A DNA stretch of 60,236 nt, the filler included, from Hausera hauseri (taxonomy: Eukaryota), in NCBI GenBank assembly GCA_046269625.1. It is 12 parts of 12 records of this genome, joined end to end, with 100 filler letters (N's around TTAATTAATTAA, not from the genome) between each part and the next. Parts side by side here need not be neighbours in the genome. Positions count along the whole stretch, not along the records: positions 9,506 to 13,554 come from JBJURY010794201.1; positions 13,655 to 20,566 come from JBJURY010052663.1; positions 20,667 to 25,238 come from JBJURY010523125.1; 9 more parts are not named here. The stretch is one strand, 5' to 3'. Under the pieces are notes generated by a model, which was not told the DNA's origin, made no database searches, and worked only from the letters and a program-made list of their open reading frames with translations. The translations under genes and the position numbers were made by a program. Shown piece after piece: positions 11,980-25,338 of this stretch; position 1 is the first letter of the stretch, and every line of letters starts with the position of its first letter.

Positions 11980-12285
11980 AGAAACTCCCATAAAATTTGT
12001 TTCGTTCATAGCTTTATGTAATTCTTCATAAACCAAATTCGGTTCATCTTGATATTTGAAATCCATTATTGACAAGCCATTTCTTTTCAGTCGTTTTTCT
12101 GTCTTGTCCAACGCAATTGTAATAGCCCATACGGCATCATACGCTAATGGGGCTTCAGGAAAACCGGGAATTTTCGTAACTTGACTAAGCCGTTCAGCAA
12201 TTATATCTTCGGACAATTGACCCGGCTCTTTTCTCCATTCATTTTTCAACATTTCAATCAGTCGGATTTTGAATTCAGCTGCTGT
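11980..12285 (-). CDS. GABBR1: GABA-B receptor subunit 1, internal exon (venus flytrap domain)
   Basis: GFPEAPLAYDAVWAITIALDKT...MNETNFMGVS. Boundaries ttttag|ACA and TCT|gtgagt, 306 nt, phase 0. Confidence 0.9.
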
Positions 12286-12329
12286 CTAAAAATGGGTTCA
12301 CCAAATAAGTCAGTACTCTATTGATTTAC

Positions 12330-12593
12330 AATTCCAGAAAATGTTCGGACTGAATCGTTATTCCACATAACACTTTCAGTGGTAATGTGACCCTCGACAG
12401 TCATTTTCATTTGTTCAGCAGTACAGTTAATACCTTCTTTTTCGAGGTTGGATTTCCACCAATCATCCGGATACCAACCTATTATGATCCAAATTACTTT
12501 CGGTCCATACAAGCCTTGATGATATGCTTCACAAAAGACTTTTCGAGCCAACTTTTCATAGAACAAACCAACGATAATCCGTGCGTCAACATT
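12330..12593 (-). CDS. GABBR1: GABA-B receptor subunit 1, internal exon
   Basis: NVDARIIVGLFYEKLARKVFCEAY..GLYGPKVIWIIIGWYPDDWW..INCT. Boundaries cag|AAT and ATT|gtaaat, 264 nt, then a 44-nt intron to the next exon. Confidence 0.92.
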
Positions 12594-13221
12594 CTGAAGG
12601 CAAAACCAAATACGATTAAATATTATGAAAATAAATTTTAGGAATACTGCTTCGATCGTCTACTAGAGATTTGGATAATAATAGATTATCAAACTATGAA
12701 ACGTACTACAAAGTGATTAAAGATCTTGATTAAGATTTTGTATGACAAAAATACAATTTTTTCAATTTCTTAAACCGGGTGTATTTTTTATAAAAAATAG
12801 TCGTGCAAAAACAAAATTTTATGCTGATTAATAATGAAAATTGTTCTTCTATTTCATCCTAATATGCGGAGTAATTTTGAAAATTCATAAAATTTTCGTT
12901 TTTTTCAACCAACATTCCAGTGTCTTTCATGTTATGCGAAAGTACAACGAATTCGCATTGAAAAATGTGAAATAACATAATATTTCAAAGCTCTCTTTGT
13001 GTAATTTTCTTTTACCATGTAAGATATTTTCCCATATTATAACTTAGCCTAAAATTTTGTACTTGTATAACTAAATTTCATAACAGCCCTGACTAGCCGT
13101 AAAGGAATATCTCCGCCGTGGCTACAAAATTTTTCGACATATTAAAAGAGGGAAAGAGAGAGAAGACAAATCGGCAAAGTCTATGCAATGTTTTAATATG
13201 ATTAAACACCAACATCGGAGG

Positions 13222-13554
13222 CCTCGCAACTCATGCCATTCACAACTCGGACCATTCACAATTCGTACCAATGACAACTCGTGCTTGTCACAACTCATGC
13301 CATTCACAAGTCGTACCAGCCAAAACTCGTGTCAGTCACAACTCGTTCCAGCCACAACTCATGTCATTCGCAATTAGTGCCAATCACAACTCGTGCCAGC
13401 CACAACTCCTGTCATTCGAAATTAGTGCCAATCACAACTCGTACCAGCCACAAATGTTAGTCACAACTCGTGCCAGCCACAACTCATGCCATTCGCAATT
13501 AGTGCCAATCACAACTCCTGTCAGTCACAACTCATGCCATTCGCAATTAGTGCC
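13222..13554. repeat. 16-bp minisatellite (consensus ~TCACAACTCGTGCCAN), runs into the contig end
   Basis: About 20 degenerate tandem units with a loose 3-unit higher-order pattern. Confidence 0.9.
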
Positions 13555-14987
13555 NNNNNNNNNNNNNNNNNNNNNNNNNNNNNNNNNNNNNNNNNNNNTT
13601 AATTAATTAANNNNNNNNNNNNNNNNNNNNNNNNNNNNNNNNNNNNNNNNNNNNGCTGGTCCTTCGAAGTAAATAAAGAAGTTTAAATACTCAAAAATTT
13701 TAACCAAGTTTTGTTGGTGCATCGAAATATCACTTGCCAAATTTCTCTGCACCAGCAACACTAAGTCATTTTGTTGAAGTATGGGCATTTTATATTTCAT
13801 CGTTAATAATAAATGTTTACTTTTTCCAGTGTTCTCCACCTTATAATCGAAAAGAGAAAACAGATTAGTCCGATTAAAATTTATTATCGCCATTGAAAAA
13901 AATCCTATTCTTTCGTTCTTTGATATCATGTGTTTTAAACAACGTTTTTACATCAAAATCAGATAGTTGGTTGAATTCGGCTTCTATCTAGGAACCTCCA
14001 ACAGTTGTTTAGTATAATAATCTCCGTATTATTAATCTGCATTCTTAAACGTAAGCTAAATTACATAAGTTTATACACATTAATTGAGCCGAGAAATCAT
14101 TGTGAACAAAAGTGAATTTCTAACACTAAATAACGACGTAAAATATGTTACAAACTATACACAAACAAATAATTTACAACACTTTGTCTCATAAAATTAT
14201 ATACATGAACTTTGCAATGGAAAATACTCATAAAATGACATTACATGTGATAAGCACTACACAAGTTCAATGTGGTTCCTGCAGCGGCCGGCGCCCTCTG
14301 GCCCATTTGATTAGACACGGCCGGGCGTCCGCCGCCGCCGCGTCGGACCCATAGGCGGGCCCAGATCTTCCGCCTCTAAAATTTATTCTACGATGTTTGA
14401 ATTTGCATCAACAATGTAAGATTACTCGAAAATCACTCTTACACTTTGATTTAAGCTGTGCTATGAGGCGAACGGATACGAGTAATGATAATTCTGAAGA
14501 AATTTTTTGTGTTGAGTCCATCAACACGTCTTCATTTAAAAATAGATTAAATCTCAGACTACACATCAAATCAAATACAGACTTTAATTGCTTCTGTAAC
14601 TTTAGGTCCCATTCAAAAGCTTTACACGATTCTTGTAATACTCATATCAACTGTCCTCTCGAATCTAGTATTGGAAGCTCCATTAGCTCAATCGATGTCA
14701 ATTGTGGGATTAGTTGTATTGCATTGGGCTCCAGTAGTAAGGTTGATTCTGAATTATTATTTCCAAGCAATCAGTCCGGTCATTGCCTCCGACATGATTG
14801 TCATGATTTGCCACCAGCAACTGAAGAAGATAATTCAAAATGTTTGATAAACGCTCTCAGTACGGTTAGCGACGAGAATAAACTTTCAAACCATCTTCCG
14901 TGGCATGAATTGGATATTAATTGTGATTTTCAAATTCGAATCACAAAAAACCAACCTCTGACGTGTTAAATTTGAATTTTGACCAGA

Positions 14988-15519
14988 GTGGGCCTTTTGG
15001 ATTTATTGCGAAAGATGAAACCGAGAGGTCAAGAGGTTCGAATTTTAACTTTAGGTCTTGACAATGCCGGCAAAACGACGTTGTTAAAAAATTAACATCA
15101 GAAGACATTAATCAAATAACACCGACACAGGGTTTTAATGTAAAAACAGTCCAAACCAAAGGATTTAAGTTAAACGTTTGGAATGTCGGCAGTCAAAGAC
15201 GGATTTGGTAATACTGGAGAAATTATTTTGAAAATACAGACGTTTTGATATATGTCATTGACAGCGCAGATCAAAAATGTTTCACAGAAACAACAGAAGA
15301 ACTTAATGAATTGTCAATGGAATCGAAATTAGCCGGTGTACCATTATTGGTATTCGCCAATAAACAGGATCTCATTAGTGCATCGCCCGCTTCTGAAATT
15401 TCATCGGGTCTGAATTTATTATCTATCAGGGATCGTCAGTGGTTCAGACTGGCGAGGGTGTTCAGGAAGGTGCAGAATGGGCTCTGAGCAACATTGAAAG
15501 CAGGGAAAAGGATAAATGA
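14988..15519 (+). pseudogene. ARL3: Processed pseudogene of ADP-ribosylation factor-like 3
   Basis: Intronless [86 protein letters not shown]. Has a GTG start, a frameshift, an in-frame stop and a small deletion. Confidence 0.92.
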
Positions 15520-16213
15520 CTAAGATCTGGTGATTGTATTGCGAACATGTTTTTGCTTCTGAAGTTAGAAACCTCAGTTCGTCTTAATCAAATATTAATT
15601 AAATGACTTACCGTATGAAATATGCAGTCAGTGTTTTCAAATTTCTTTCGTTTTTTTCGTCACTAATGAAACTGAAATAAAATTTCTCTGTGTTTTTGTA
15701 AATACTTTCAAATGTTGTGTAATTTCGTCTTATACGGTTAATTCATCATGGTTTAAAAAAAGAAATTTGTTGGTGTAGACATTATTTCAATCTGAACTTT
15801 TATTTTAGCTACTTTTGACAAAAGAATTTCAGCGATTTATATCTTGATTTAAATTTATTTTTATTCAATAAATTCTCTCAACATCCAATGAGGAAATTAA
15901 TCCACTGTTGTCGTTGTCGTTTTCGTCTCATTTCATCCTCGATACGTGTTACGAAGAGAGATCTGACTATCAATTCAATATGTTCTCGCGTAATCATTAT
16001 TCCGGTTTCTATGAGCTCAAAAACTGTACATCAAACACGTCCAGCGATTATGTCATTGGTCAATTTCTGAATCTCACTTTAAATGTACTGTTCCATTTGA
16101 TCTGTAGTAGTAGTATGGGGAATAAATATTTATAACCGAGTAAGGCAAATTTTCACAGTTTGTTTTATAATTTTAATCCATTTTAAATGTTATTTAATTT
16201 ATTTTCCATTTAG

Positions 16214-19200
16214 AAATGTTCGCAATATCCCATGTACTGCGGATTTCGCATACATGAGGTGGATCAGTGCCATGAACAGATGGAGAAATATTACAACACA
16301 GGAGGAAAGGCCACGTATTTGTGATCGGCGTGTAATATTTCAACCCACTGTCTATACCCCGATTTTTATTAAATGCACAAGCATCGTTTTTGTCCGTTTA
16401 TTCGGTCTAGGAAGATGATGGTTGAGTATTGCCCTACATACCCACACTACTGCAATAATAAAGTGCACAATGTTAGTGGTTGTCATAGTGCAATGGAGCA
16501 GTACTCTGGCATCACAACGCTGCACAAAAAAGGGCTTTGTTCAATAGTTGTTGAAATCAACTATGCACAATTTTATAATATGCACAAGGACCATTTAAAG
16601 CGGTTTAAGCGGTCGAAAAAACAACTAGTTATGGACTCAACCAGCAGCAGCATCCTGTCAACAACTAGTAGGAAACGACGATAATCAGAAAGAGTACCAA
16701 GCTACAGCTGCAACAGAAACAGCACCAAACACAACAACAACAAGAACAGTATCAACAGGAAGCCAATATTCCCAATATTGCAGTCAAGTACGATCTGAAC
16801 AGATCGTACGTGGACATAAAAGTGAACATGTCGGCGGAAACAACAACAACGCAATTGAGACGTTCCGCAAAATATGCGCCACCGGTTGGAATCAGAAGTG
16901 AAATTTCAAGACAACTGCAAAGTGCAATATAATGCACTGGCAAAATTTGAAAATATGGAAGGTGACAAGAAGCAATGGTACCTGTCACGTCGAGCCGAAC
17001 CGTATTCCAACGATTTTATTGTTGATGTAGGCGAAAAGCGCGAGGCAAAAATCGTCAACTACACGGAAAAGGGTAGTGGATGGCGAATTTTAAAAATTGT
17101 CACCCTCGGCTTTATCATAACAAAGTCGAGTGACATAGTATATTTGTCCAGGCAATCATTCATACGGACACCTGCAGCTCTGAAGCAGTCTCTGGCGGTA
17201 GTGAATGTTTTCTTTACAGCATTCTGGCGGTATTAAAACATGACAAAGTGGTCATAAAACATGCTAATCGTCCAAATCAATATCGGCAGTATTTTTCCGA
17301 ATTGGATTTCGATGAAAGCTGGATGCCGAAGAAACTAAAAACTATATCGGCCTTCGAACGGTGTAATTCGACACAGGCAATCAACGCTTTCCGGTACAAC
17401 TCAATAGTTGCAATACCGGTGAAGAAATTTATAAGAATGTCCATGTGGATATAATCTATCGTAGTCGGAACCTAAATGGCCGCCAAATAAGTATGTTGCT
17501 ATTGGAGCATAAGGAAATTACGGCTGTTTCGGTGACAAATCTAGACAGACTGTTGAACATGGAACGTGACCATTTCAAAAAACGGATACAATGTAAATGG
17601 TGTCCTGTATGTCTGCACCGATTCAGATCAGAAACAACATGGGAGAAACATGTAATTCTGCAGACAAAATACGTCAGGAACCACAATGTATGTCATGCCC
17701 GTCAAAAAGGAGCTCAGATTCAGTCACCAGTCGAAAACAGACAGTCCGGCATGTGTTATATGCCGATATCGAAGCTATCTTACCACGGAACGACATATAT
17801 GACCAAAAACATGTTTCAATCGCCGTTGGTATGTTGGTTGTCCCAATAAAAGCCGCAGGTCAACCGCAATATTATGTTTTCCACGGATGGAATTGTGGAC
17901 GTGATTTCTTGCAGCAGTTTCAAACCATAGTGGAAACTGAGATCGCACCATGGTATTTGGACAGATGAAGATGAACGCCTAACGTGTGCAGTCACAGATG
18001 AATGTTACCTGTGCCACAAAATATTACCGTTTTATGCACAGGAACGTCTCGTACCGGATCACCATCATTTTACTGGTCGATATGTCGGAGGAGCATGTAA
18101 TTCATGCAATTTGGCAAGGCGTGTGCGGCCATTCTTATTGGTGGTATTTCATAACTTAAGGGGTTATGATTGTCACCATATTTTGAAATTGTCCATAAGC
18201 TGGTATAAACCGGTTCCAGGTACTCTTCCTTGAATCATTGCAATTTCTCAATGAATCATTGGCAAACCTGGTAAATGCCTTGCCAGATGTGCCGCTAGCA
18301 TTGACTCAATTCCCTGTGCATATAGCGCGTAGCAAAGGCATATTCCCGTATGACTTTGCGATATCGCACGCGTGGCTGGAGACAACAGACGAATTACCAC
18401 CGCAGTTGCCCGGTATCATAGAAGAATATCACAGAGCGCAGTTTTGGGCAAAGCTCGGCTGCAGAAACTTGTTGGAGTACATACTTCACTATCTGAAATT
18501 GAATGCGTAACTGTTAGCCGATGAATCTAAACAAAACTACATAGTTCATTGGCGTCTGTTGCAATTTTACATGGAGTTTGGTTTACGTGTCACACAGCTG
18601 CATCGCGCAATCCGATTTGATCAGGCTCCTATATTCAAGCCGTACATAAGTCGGAATTCGGAAAACAAGCTGCAACTTGTACGAAGTTTGAAAAAGACTA
18701 CTACGAACTGAAAAACAATTCGCTCTACGGAAAAACAGTAGAGAATCTGAAAAAGCGGCTCAATGTAAGCCTGTGCAATAGCGAAAAGCAGTTGGTCACG
18801 TACACGAGCAAGGCGCAGTTTAGGGGCTCAATGCATATTGCCTATTGATTGGTTGCCGTGCTTTTAAACAGGGAAAAAATAGTACTGGACCGGCCAAGTT
18901 ATAGGATAAGTGTCATTGGATTTGAATAAGTTTCGGATGTATGATCTGCAGTATCGAGATTTGGCACGATACTGGCAAGTGTTTGGCGGCAGCGGCGAAC
19001 GCAGGATCAATATAATTGCCGGTGACAGTTTTTTCTTGGAACTGGAAAACGTCAATCGACAATAACTACTGCGGCAAGTGACGGCAGACGGGTTACTGGA
19101 CACGTCCAATTACTCACAGAATCATCCATTGTACAGCAACGCCATCACAAACAAAATCGGCTTCAAGGATGAAAGTGAAGGTCGGGTTCAGTATCGGGAA

Positions 19201-19488
19201 TTGTTATTTCTACGGCCAAGATGTTATAGCCTTTTAATTAACGGTGGACTGAAAATGCGCGCCAAAGGAGTTCAGTTGGCCCGGATGGAAATAAACCACT
19301 GTGATTATCGCCGTATCTATGAAGAAGGGCAATCAAAAGCTGTTGTGTCACAAACGATCATCCGATCAATTGAGCACCAGCTGTATACGGTCACCAATAC
19401 AAAAGTCGCTTTATGATGCAATGAAGATAAGCGTGAGTTGGTGGGGCGGAATAAGAGTTGGGCGTACGGACATTGGGGTTTGGAATAA
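16214..19488 (+). mobile_element. Nearly full-length degraded pPolB gene (Polinton/adintovirus type) with internal deletion
   Basis: KGSGW, LYADIE, DHHHFTG..GACNSCN, FHNLRGYD, KGIFPY, KNNSLYGKT, IAGD(S), FKDE, RAKG and YGH motifs in the expected order. AATAAA follows. Confidence 0.92.
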
Positions 19489-19750
19489 AACGCGCACGCG
19501 CACACGCACACGCATGAATTCAGTGCTGATTATACAGACAGATCAGAGTGACCCATTTTCTGTGACAATTCATTGTGATCTGTGTTTTGTATAAATAATG
19601 TATATTGCTCGTTGTTTTTGTTTTTTGTTTTATTATCATTTAATTTATCTATATAAATTTATCTATTTAACTTAATGTGAAGAGAAACAATATAAAAAAA
19701 CAAAATCAATAAAATTTATTAATAATCATAAACTAAAACCAAAAACAAAG

Positions 19751-20210
19751 TCAAATCAATGTAAACTTTCCCAGCTTCCATATTGGTAATTGAACGCCGT
19801 GCAGATCCTTGTATACTTTCAACTTCAATGTTATATGACCTTTAGTTCCATCCGGTGGCAAAACGGCTGCTGCTGTTTCTCCACCATGCGAAATGACAAA
19901 TTTTCGTCATATTTCCTTTGAGAACAATCGACGATGTATCTCGGATGTTGTTACTCAACGCCAAATTACTGTCAACTTTTCTAATTGTGCCTTCCATCGT
20001 ATCCAAATCATCGTTGCTGATCTTTTTCACCAATAGACCATATTTCACCCGTTTGATTTTCACCGTTTGCGTCAATGTCAGTTAAATAGCGTTGCGCAGA
20101 TAATGTAAGTTGTATCCATTATACAATCGGGAATTTCTGAGCGAATATTCGCTGTACCGTGGCTTTTTTGAGAGACTGGCATCACCTGTTGAATTGTTTT
20201 CAAAAGACAT
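19751..20210 (-). pseudogene. Small (~150 aa) gene convergent with PolB, probably part of the same element
   Basis: TATAAA upstream. MSFENNSTGDASLSKKPRY...TQTVKIKRVKYGLL...GHITLKLKVYKDLHGVQLPIWKLGKFTLI* with one stop and one frameshift. Opposed polyA signals lie between the two genes. Confidence 0.55.
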
Positions 20211-20666
20211 TATTTAAAAAAGACAAACGTGAAATGATATTGCATCTCTATTTATATCAAAGGTTTGTTTCCATTGTAAACAATAGATATTTACTTTATG
20301 AGTATTGTCTCATATCACAATGATACAAATTACCTCCACGTCATTGAAACCCATGTTTCGTTATTGACGAAGAAGTTATTCGTAACAAATGTGTACAATT
20401 TCCATTAGAGCACATTTACATTCTAGAAATTGGTGTGTTAATTTGGTGGTGGTAGAAGACATTTGACAAACAACGAGATGACCGAACATTAAGAATATCA
20501 GTTGTTAGAAATGAGCGCACCAAGCCACACCCCCAGGGAAGGAGGAATAAAGTGGTTCGTGATGAGNNNNNNNNNNNNNNNNNNNNNNNNNNNNNNNNNN
20601 NNNNNNNNNNTTAATTAATTAANNNNNNNNNNNNNNNNNNNNNNNNNNNNNNNNNNNNNNNNNNNN

Positions 20667-22720
20667 AATTGGCAGATAAATATCTGGGAGTATTCAAGTA
20701 TTACGTCGAAGATTTAACAAATAAAACTGAAGCAGATTCTTTTATGATCAATTGTTAGATGGTATACCTTATCCAGGAAGAGATAGATGCCTATGAAGAA
20801 GAAGCGCGGATAGTATGGAATAATTATCTGAATTGGGATATAAATACACCATTAACCCAGTTGGATTACGAAGATATATATAAGTTTGCTATGATAAACG
20901 CAAGTGGATTTTGAGGCAAATTATATGCTTTACGGTACCATTTAATAATCTGTGAGTTAAATGACGGTCAAAAAATAGCTAAAACATTCAAAGAGGAACG
21001 GGAAACATTAATAAATACCTGCCGACTAAAATCAGATAACGAAGGAAAGGTGACAACAGATATGAAAAAAAGTATACGACGATTAAATGCCTTTGAAAAA
21101 TATGTCCTGCGCATCCGCTATAATAGAATATCGTCCAAATGGAAAAGCGCGAGGATATGCCGCGTAGCGACGATGACCACGACGAGACGAAAGGAAATGA
21201 TAATCATGAACCATCAGTGGTAGTTGAGGCACAACACAAAACATTTCAGTCCAAAGTCAATAACGATCAAACAGTGACCAGTGATAACATAGTCCAGACG
21301 AACCCATACTTACTGAGATAGCTAAACAAATAGTACAGAAGGAAATTACGAATCTTAGTACCCGTAAGGAAAATGATATCGACACACAATCAGTATCAAG
21401 AAAAAATCAGTTTAGCAACTGATTCACTTACTCAACAGTAATGTTACTCACTATACCATTCGTATTATTCGGAAAAGCCGAAGCTACTCCTACGACGGCA
21501 AGTACTAATCAGGAAATTTCACCTATATGACTACTATTATTAATCTTAGTCAGCTTAACGCTTTACATGAAAAAATATGAATAATCAAACAGCGACGAGG
21601 AGATTACTCCAACCGAAGGACGCATGATAACAGAAGTTCCAACCATCAAACCAAAATATATGAAACGTCGAACATTAGCAAGAATGAGGGAAATACAAAT
21701 TAATAAGCCCCTGTTACCCGATAATGATAAGGAAAATATTGATCCTACGGGCGAATACTGCTGCAGAAAAAGAGAGTAAAATGAATCCCGAAACCCCGTA
21801 CCAAACCCATTTCTATCACTATCTCGACAAGCAGAACGTTATGAAAGAAAAAGGCTACAAGATGATAAGCAAAAAAACCAAATTTTTCTTAAGAATTTTA
21901 ATCAAACAAGAGAATAGTTAAATTTAGACGGCTCAGTACAGTTAAGCCTAGAAACTTATGCTAAAAATTTAAAACTGAACCGCCATTATCTACAGTTAAT
22001 AGCACATAACTAAGAAATTATCAATTACATAAAGGAGGAAATTTATTTTCCATTCGACATACTCTCAGAGAAAACGCAAATAATCATAGCTGTAATAGCA
22101 AAAGGAGTAGAATTAATAGCGGAGCACCCCTATTTCACTACTAACAAAATAATTCCAATACTTCGTGATATAAATAAGCCTTTCAAGACCGTCAGGAATT
22201 GTCAACCGATGAATATGAACTATATGCAGTGGCGAATTGTTTGGCCCAATTACCATTAGACAACAAAACCCCCGTGACAATATTCGAACGAACCCCGGAC
22301 AAACGGATAATGATTAACGATCTCAGACAAGCGTATGTAACGCATTTAGAATGGAAAAAGGAAATTAGACAATTCGACTTGGTCGGAAAAAATGCACTAT
22401 TAATGTACCAGGAACGAATACAAGTCTGTTGAAGAAGTAACACGGACATCTATCAAAGTATTCAATACGCAAATCGCTTATGGAAAACACCTGATCATAC
22501 CAGAAAAGAACTTATATCCTTCTATCTTGACATTTGCAAAAAATATTTCGAGCAATATCAGAAGGAATCAAGATATAATCCTAAAACTCACCCGTGAGAG
22601 ATAACTTACTACTAATCAAGAGTTTTCAACGCCAACTTTCCAAGGAAGCACTGCAAAAATGCAGATCCTTTAGAGAATGTTACAAAAACGAACGAACAAA
22701 CTAGAATTCAGGATTGAGAA
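20667..22720 (+). pseudogene. Heavily degraded A-rich ORF relics, probably a retroelement accessory region
   Basis: Protein-like segments in shifting frames with the same A-rich coding-strand bias as the Gypsy contigs. No motif recognised. Confidence 0.35.
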
Positions 22721-22783
22721 TAGTTGACGAAATCATGAATGTATCTGGTTTAAAGCTATCGTGGTATAACAGTAGTTTGAAAA

Positions 22784-23200
22784 TGGCGGTTCGGTCCCAC
22801 TCCTGAGGTGGTAATCAATAAATTGATTTTGCACATGTGCCGATCGGTATTGCACACTGTGCACTATCGATCCAAAAAGTGCCTAGTAAAGGTCCCGCTA
22901 GGCACCGTTTCTAAGGGCACTTTTGCACTTCTCACAAATCGATCGTTGCACAGTGCACTAGTGATCAAATCGATCGGGACAAAGTGCTAATCGATAGTGC
23001 ACATCAGTGCTCATTGATTGGAGCAAGAACAAGTGTTCAAAAATCAATAATATTGGATTTCCGATAAATCAAAAAGTGCTGATTAGCACTCGGGACCGGG
23101 TGCAATCGGTAGCACACACGATGTTGTATTGGAATGTGCAGTTAGAATTTAAATCGATTGATTGGTTTTCGAATAATTCGCAAGTGGGACAGAACCGCCA
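22784..23200. mobile_element. MITE-like element with 18-bp TIRs, followed by a diverged related copy (~23230-23630)
   Basis: TGGCGGTTCGGTCCCACT ... AGTGGGACAGAACCGCCA (1 mismatch). Segment 23030-23160 is repeated at 23465-23600. Confidence 0.7.
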
Positions 23201-24405
23201 GAGGCCTTTCCGCTATAAAATTTTAAATCAATGATATGAATATGGCACATATACTGGCATGTGCAGTACTTGATGTAGTATCGAACAGTGCACTAATCGA
23301 GATTGGTGTGTTTATTGATCGGTGTGCAGGAGCACTTTTTCACTTTGCGCACTTCTTGAGTTGTGCAGCGTAGGATTGACGGAATTGATCGGGATCAAGT
23401 GAAGTTATATAGAGCACATCAAGATGCACCTTGACATATGGTATGCAGTGCAAAAACATGTGTGCAAGTGTTCAAAAATCAATAATATCGAATTTCCGAT
23501 ATTTCCAATATGGATGAAGAGCACTTGTGTCTGGGTGCAATAGGAAGCAAACATAATGTAGTATATAAATGTGCAGTTAGAATTTAAATTTATTGATCAT
23601 TTATTGATTAATATCGATTGAAAGTGCAAAATTGGCTATATTTTTAACATGTTTTTTAAGTATCAAGGAAGCAAAATTCGACCTAACATTGAGCGGGGAC
23701 AGATAGGAAATCGAGTATGCCGAACTCGAATATTGAGTCTAAAACTCGAAATTCAAAGATTTTCGAGTTCAAAAATCGAAATTCTAACTACTCAAAAAAT
23801 CTAACGGCAGAATCGATTCGTCATATATGAAAACCCCCATGTGCATAAAAATTATTTCATGAAAATGTACTATATAGATACAAAATCAATATTTCGAATT
23901 AAGCAAGATGTGCATTTAAAGTGCAATGAAGCGGAAATCGGTAAATCTTTAAGCGTACATGGATAGGAAAGCATGTGCTGAATCTGAATATGAAGTTAGA
24001 TGATCGAAAGAATATTCGAACTCGAATAATCAGCTATTCGAACTCGAATATTCGATGAAGCGTGCATTATTCGAATCTGATGTTGCCAATCGATGCGTCA
24101 TTGTCGAAAACCGAATGTGGCGCGCGATATTTTAAATCATTTGATGCATTAAAACAAACGCACATGCCAAGCAATAAGTACGTGACAAGTTCATGCATTT
24201 GATGCATTAAAACAAATGTACATTGGTTATACAATATTCATTGCTGAATTTACCCCACCATTAAAATTATTTCCTGTTTTGCTACGTAAAAATTATTTTG
24301 CATACGTTTTTGTTTTACTGCATCAATTATCAAAATTATACAGTGCGTGCTGACAGCTATATTTTTCATTATTTCCAAATTCAGTTCCACAAATAACTTT
24401 CAAGA

Positions 24406-25238
24406 ATGGTAAGTCTTTTCTTATTTGTTGTCATCATATAATTTTGTTTCTAGATGTGCAAATTATACCAAAAATGTATGGCTCCAACACATGAGCCAGA
24501 AACCTGTCACAATACCATGAGGATCTATTATGGTCACAAATTCAATCGAATACTTTACCATATATGCCCTGGATGTGAGACTGTATGCCAGGACGAGTAC
24601 ATGCAGTTATAAGGACCATAAGGCCGACTTTGCATCAAAGTCAAAGATTATATTTAATGAGAATAGGCCAGCTGCACAGTCCACAGTCCAGTCTGCATTC
24701 CAATCCGCAGTCCAGTCCTCAGTCCCATCCACAAGAGTAAAACGTCCATCAGTTCCATCATGCTCAATAGGTGTAGCGGTTCCACCAAAAAGCCTAAGAC
24801 ACAGGCCAGTTAATGCTTCAGCATTAAATAAAGCCCGAAAATACGTCATTGATGCAGCTGGACAAACAACCATCATGGAATTCCTGGAATATCCAAAGGA
24901 AGAAACAGAGGGCATTCTCCAGAACAACATGACTAAGCTCAAGGCCCTTAAAGTTAATATGAAAGTCGAGGCCACATATGTCAATGTGGAAGCTGAGATA
25001 TCCGCTAGGGCCTTCAAGACCAAAAATACGCCTATATTGGAAAGCACAAATATAGCTGAACGGCTGCATGAAAAACATATGAAGCTGATCCGTGAAGCTG
25101 ATAAGAGCCAAAGTAAAAAGAGTGGATGGACTCTGGCAGGCATCAAGAGACTGATTATATTTGTGCACAGATATTCCCCCATGCGAGGCAGTTCATATAT
25201 ACAGCTTCCGGAATGGATTCGACAGAAAAATGCATGTA
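24406..25238 (+). mobile_element. pPolB 5' end with ATG micro-exon and 45-nt intron
   Basis: ATG|gtaagt...ctag|ATGTGC, then a Cys/His domain, then KSGWTLAGIKRL..YSPMRGSSYIQLPEWIRQKNAC, the typical Polinton PolB N-region. Confidence 0.85.
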
Positions 25239-25338
25239 NNNNNNNNNNNNNNNNNNNNNNNNNNNNNNNNNNNNNNNNNNNNTTAATTAATTAANNNNNN
25301 NNNNNNNNNNNNNNNNNNNNNNNNNNNNNNNNNNNNNN

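Noticed and set aside
13222-13554. CRISPR-like array or His/Cys-rich repeat protein (ORF 13271-13606)
   Set aside because: Contiguous 16-bp units with no unique spacers, no cas genes and a eukaryotic context. The ORF is a by-product of the minisatellite.
13655-14000. Possible host exons (ag|GTGGAGAAC...TTG|gt)
   Set aside because: Splice-like signals are present but the peptide is unrecognisable, so support is insufficient.
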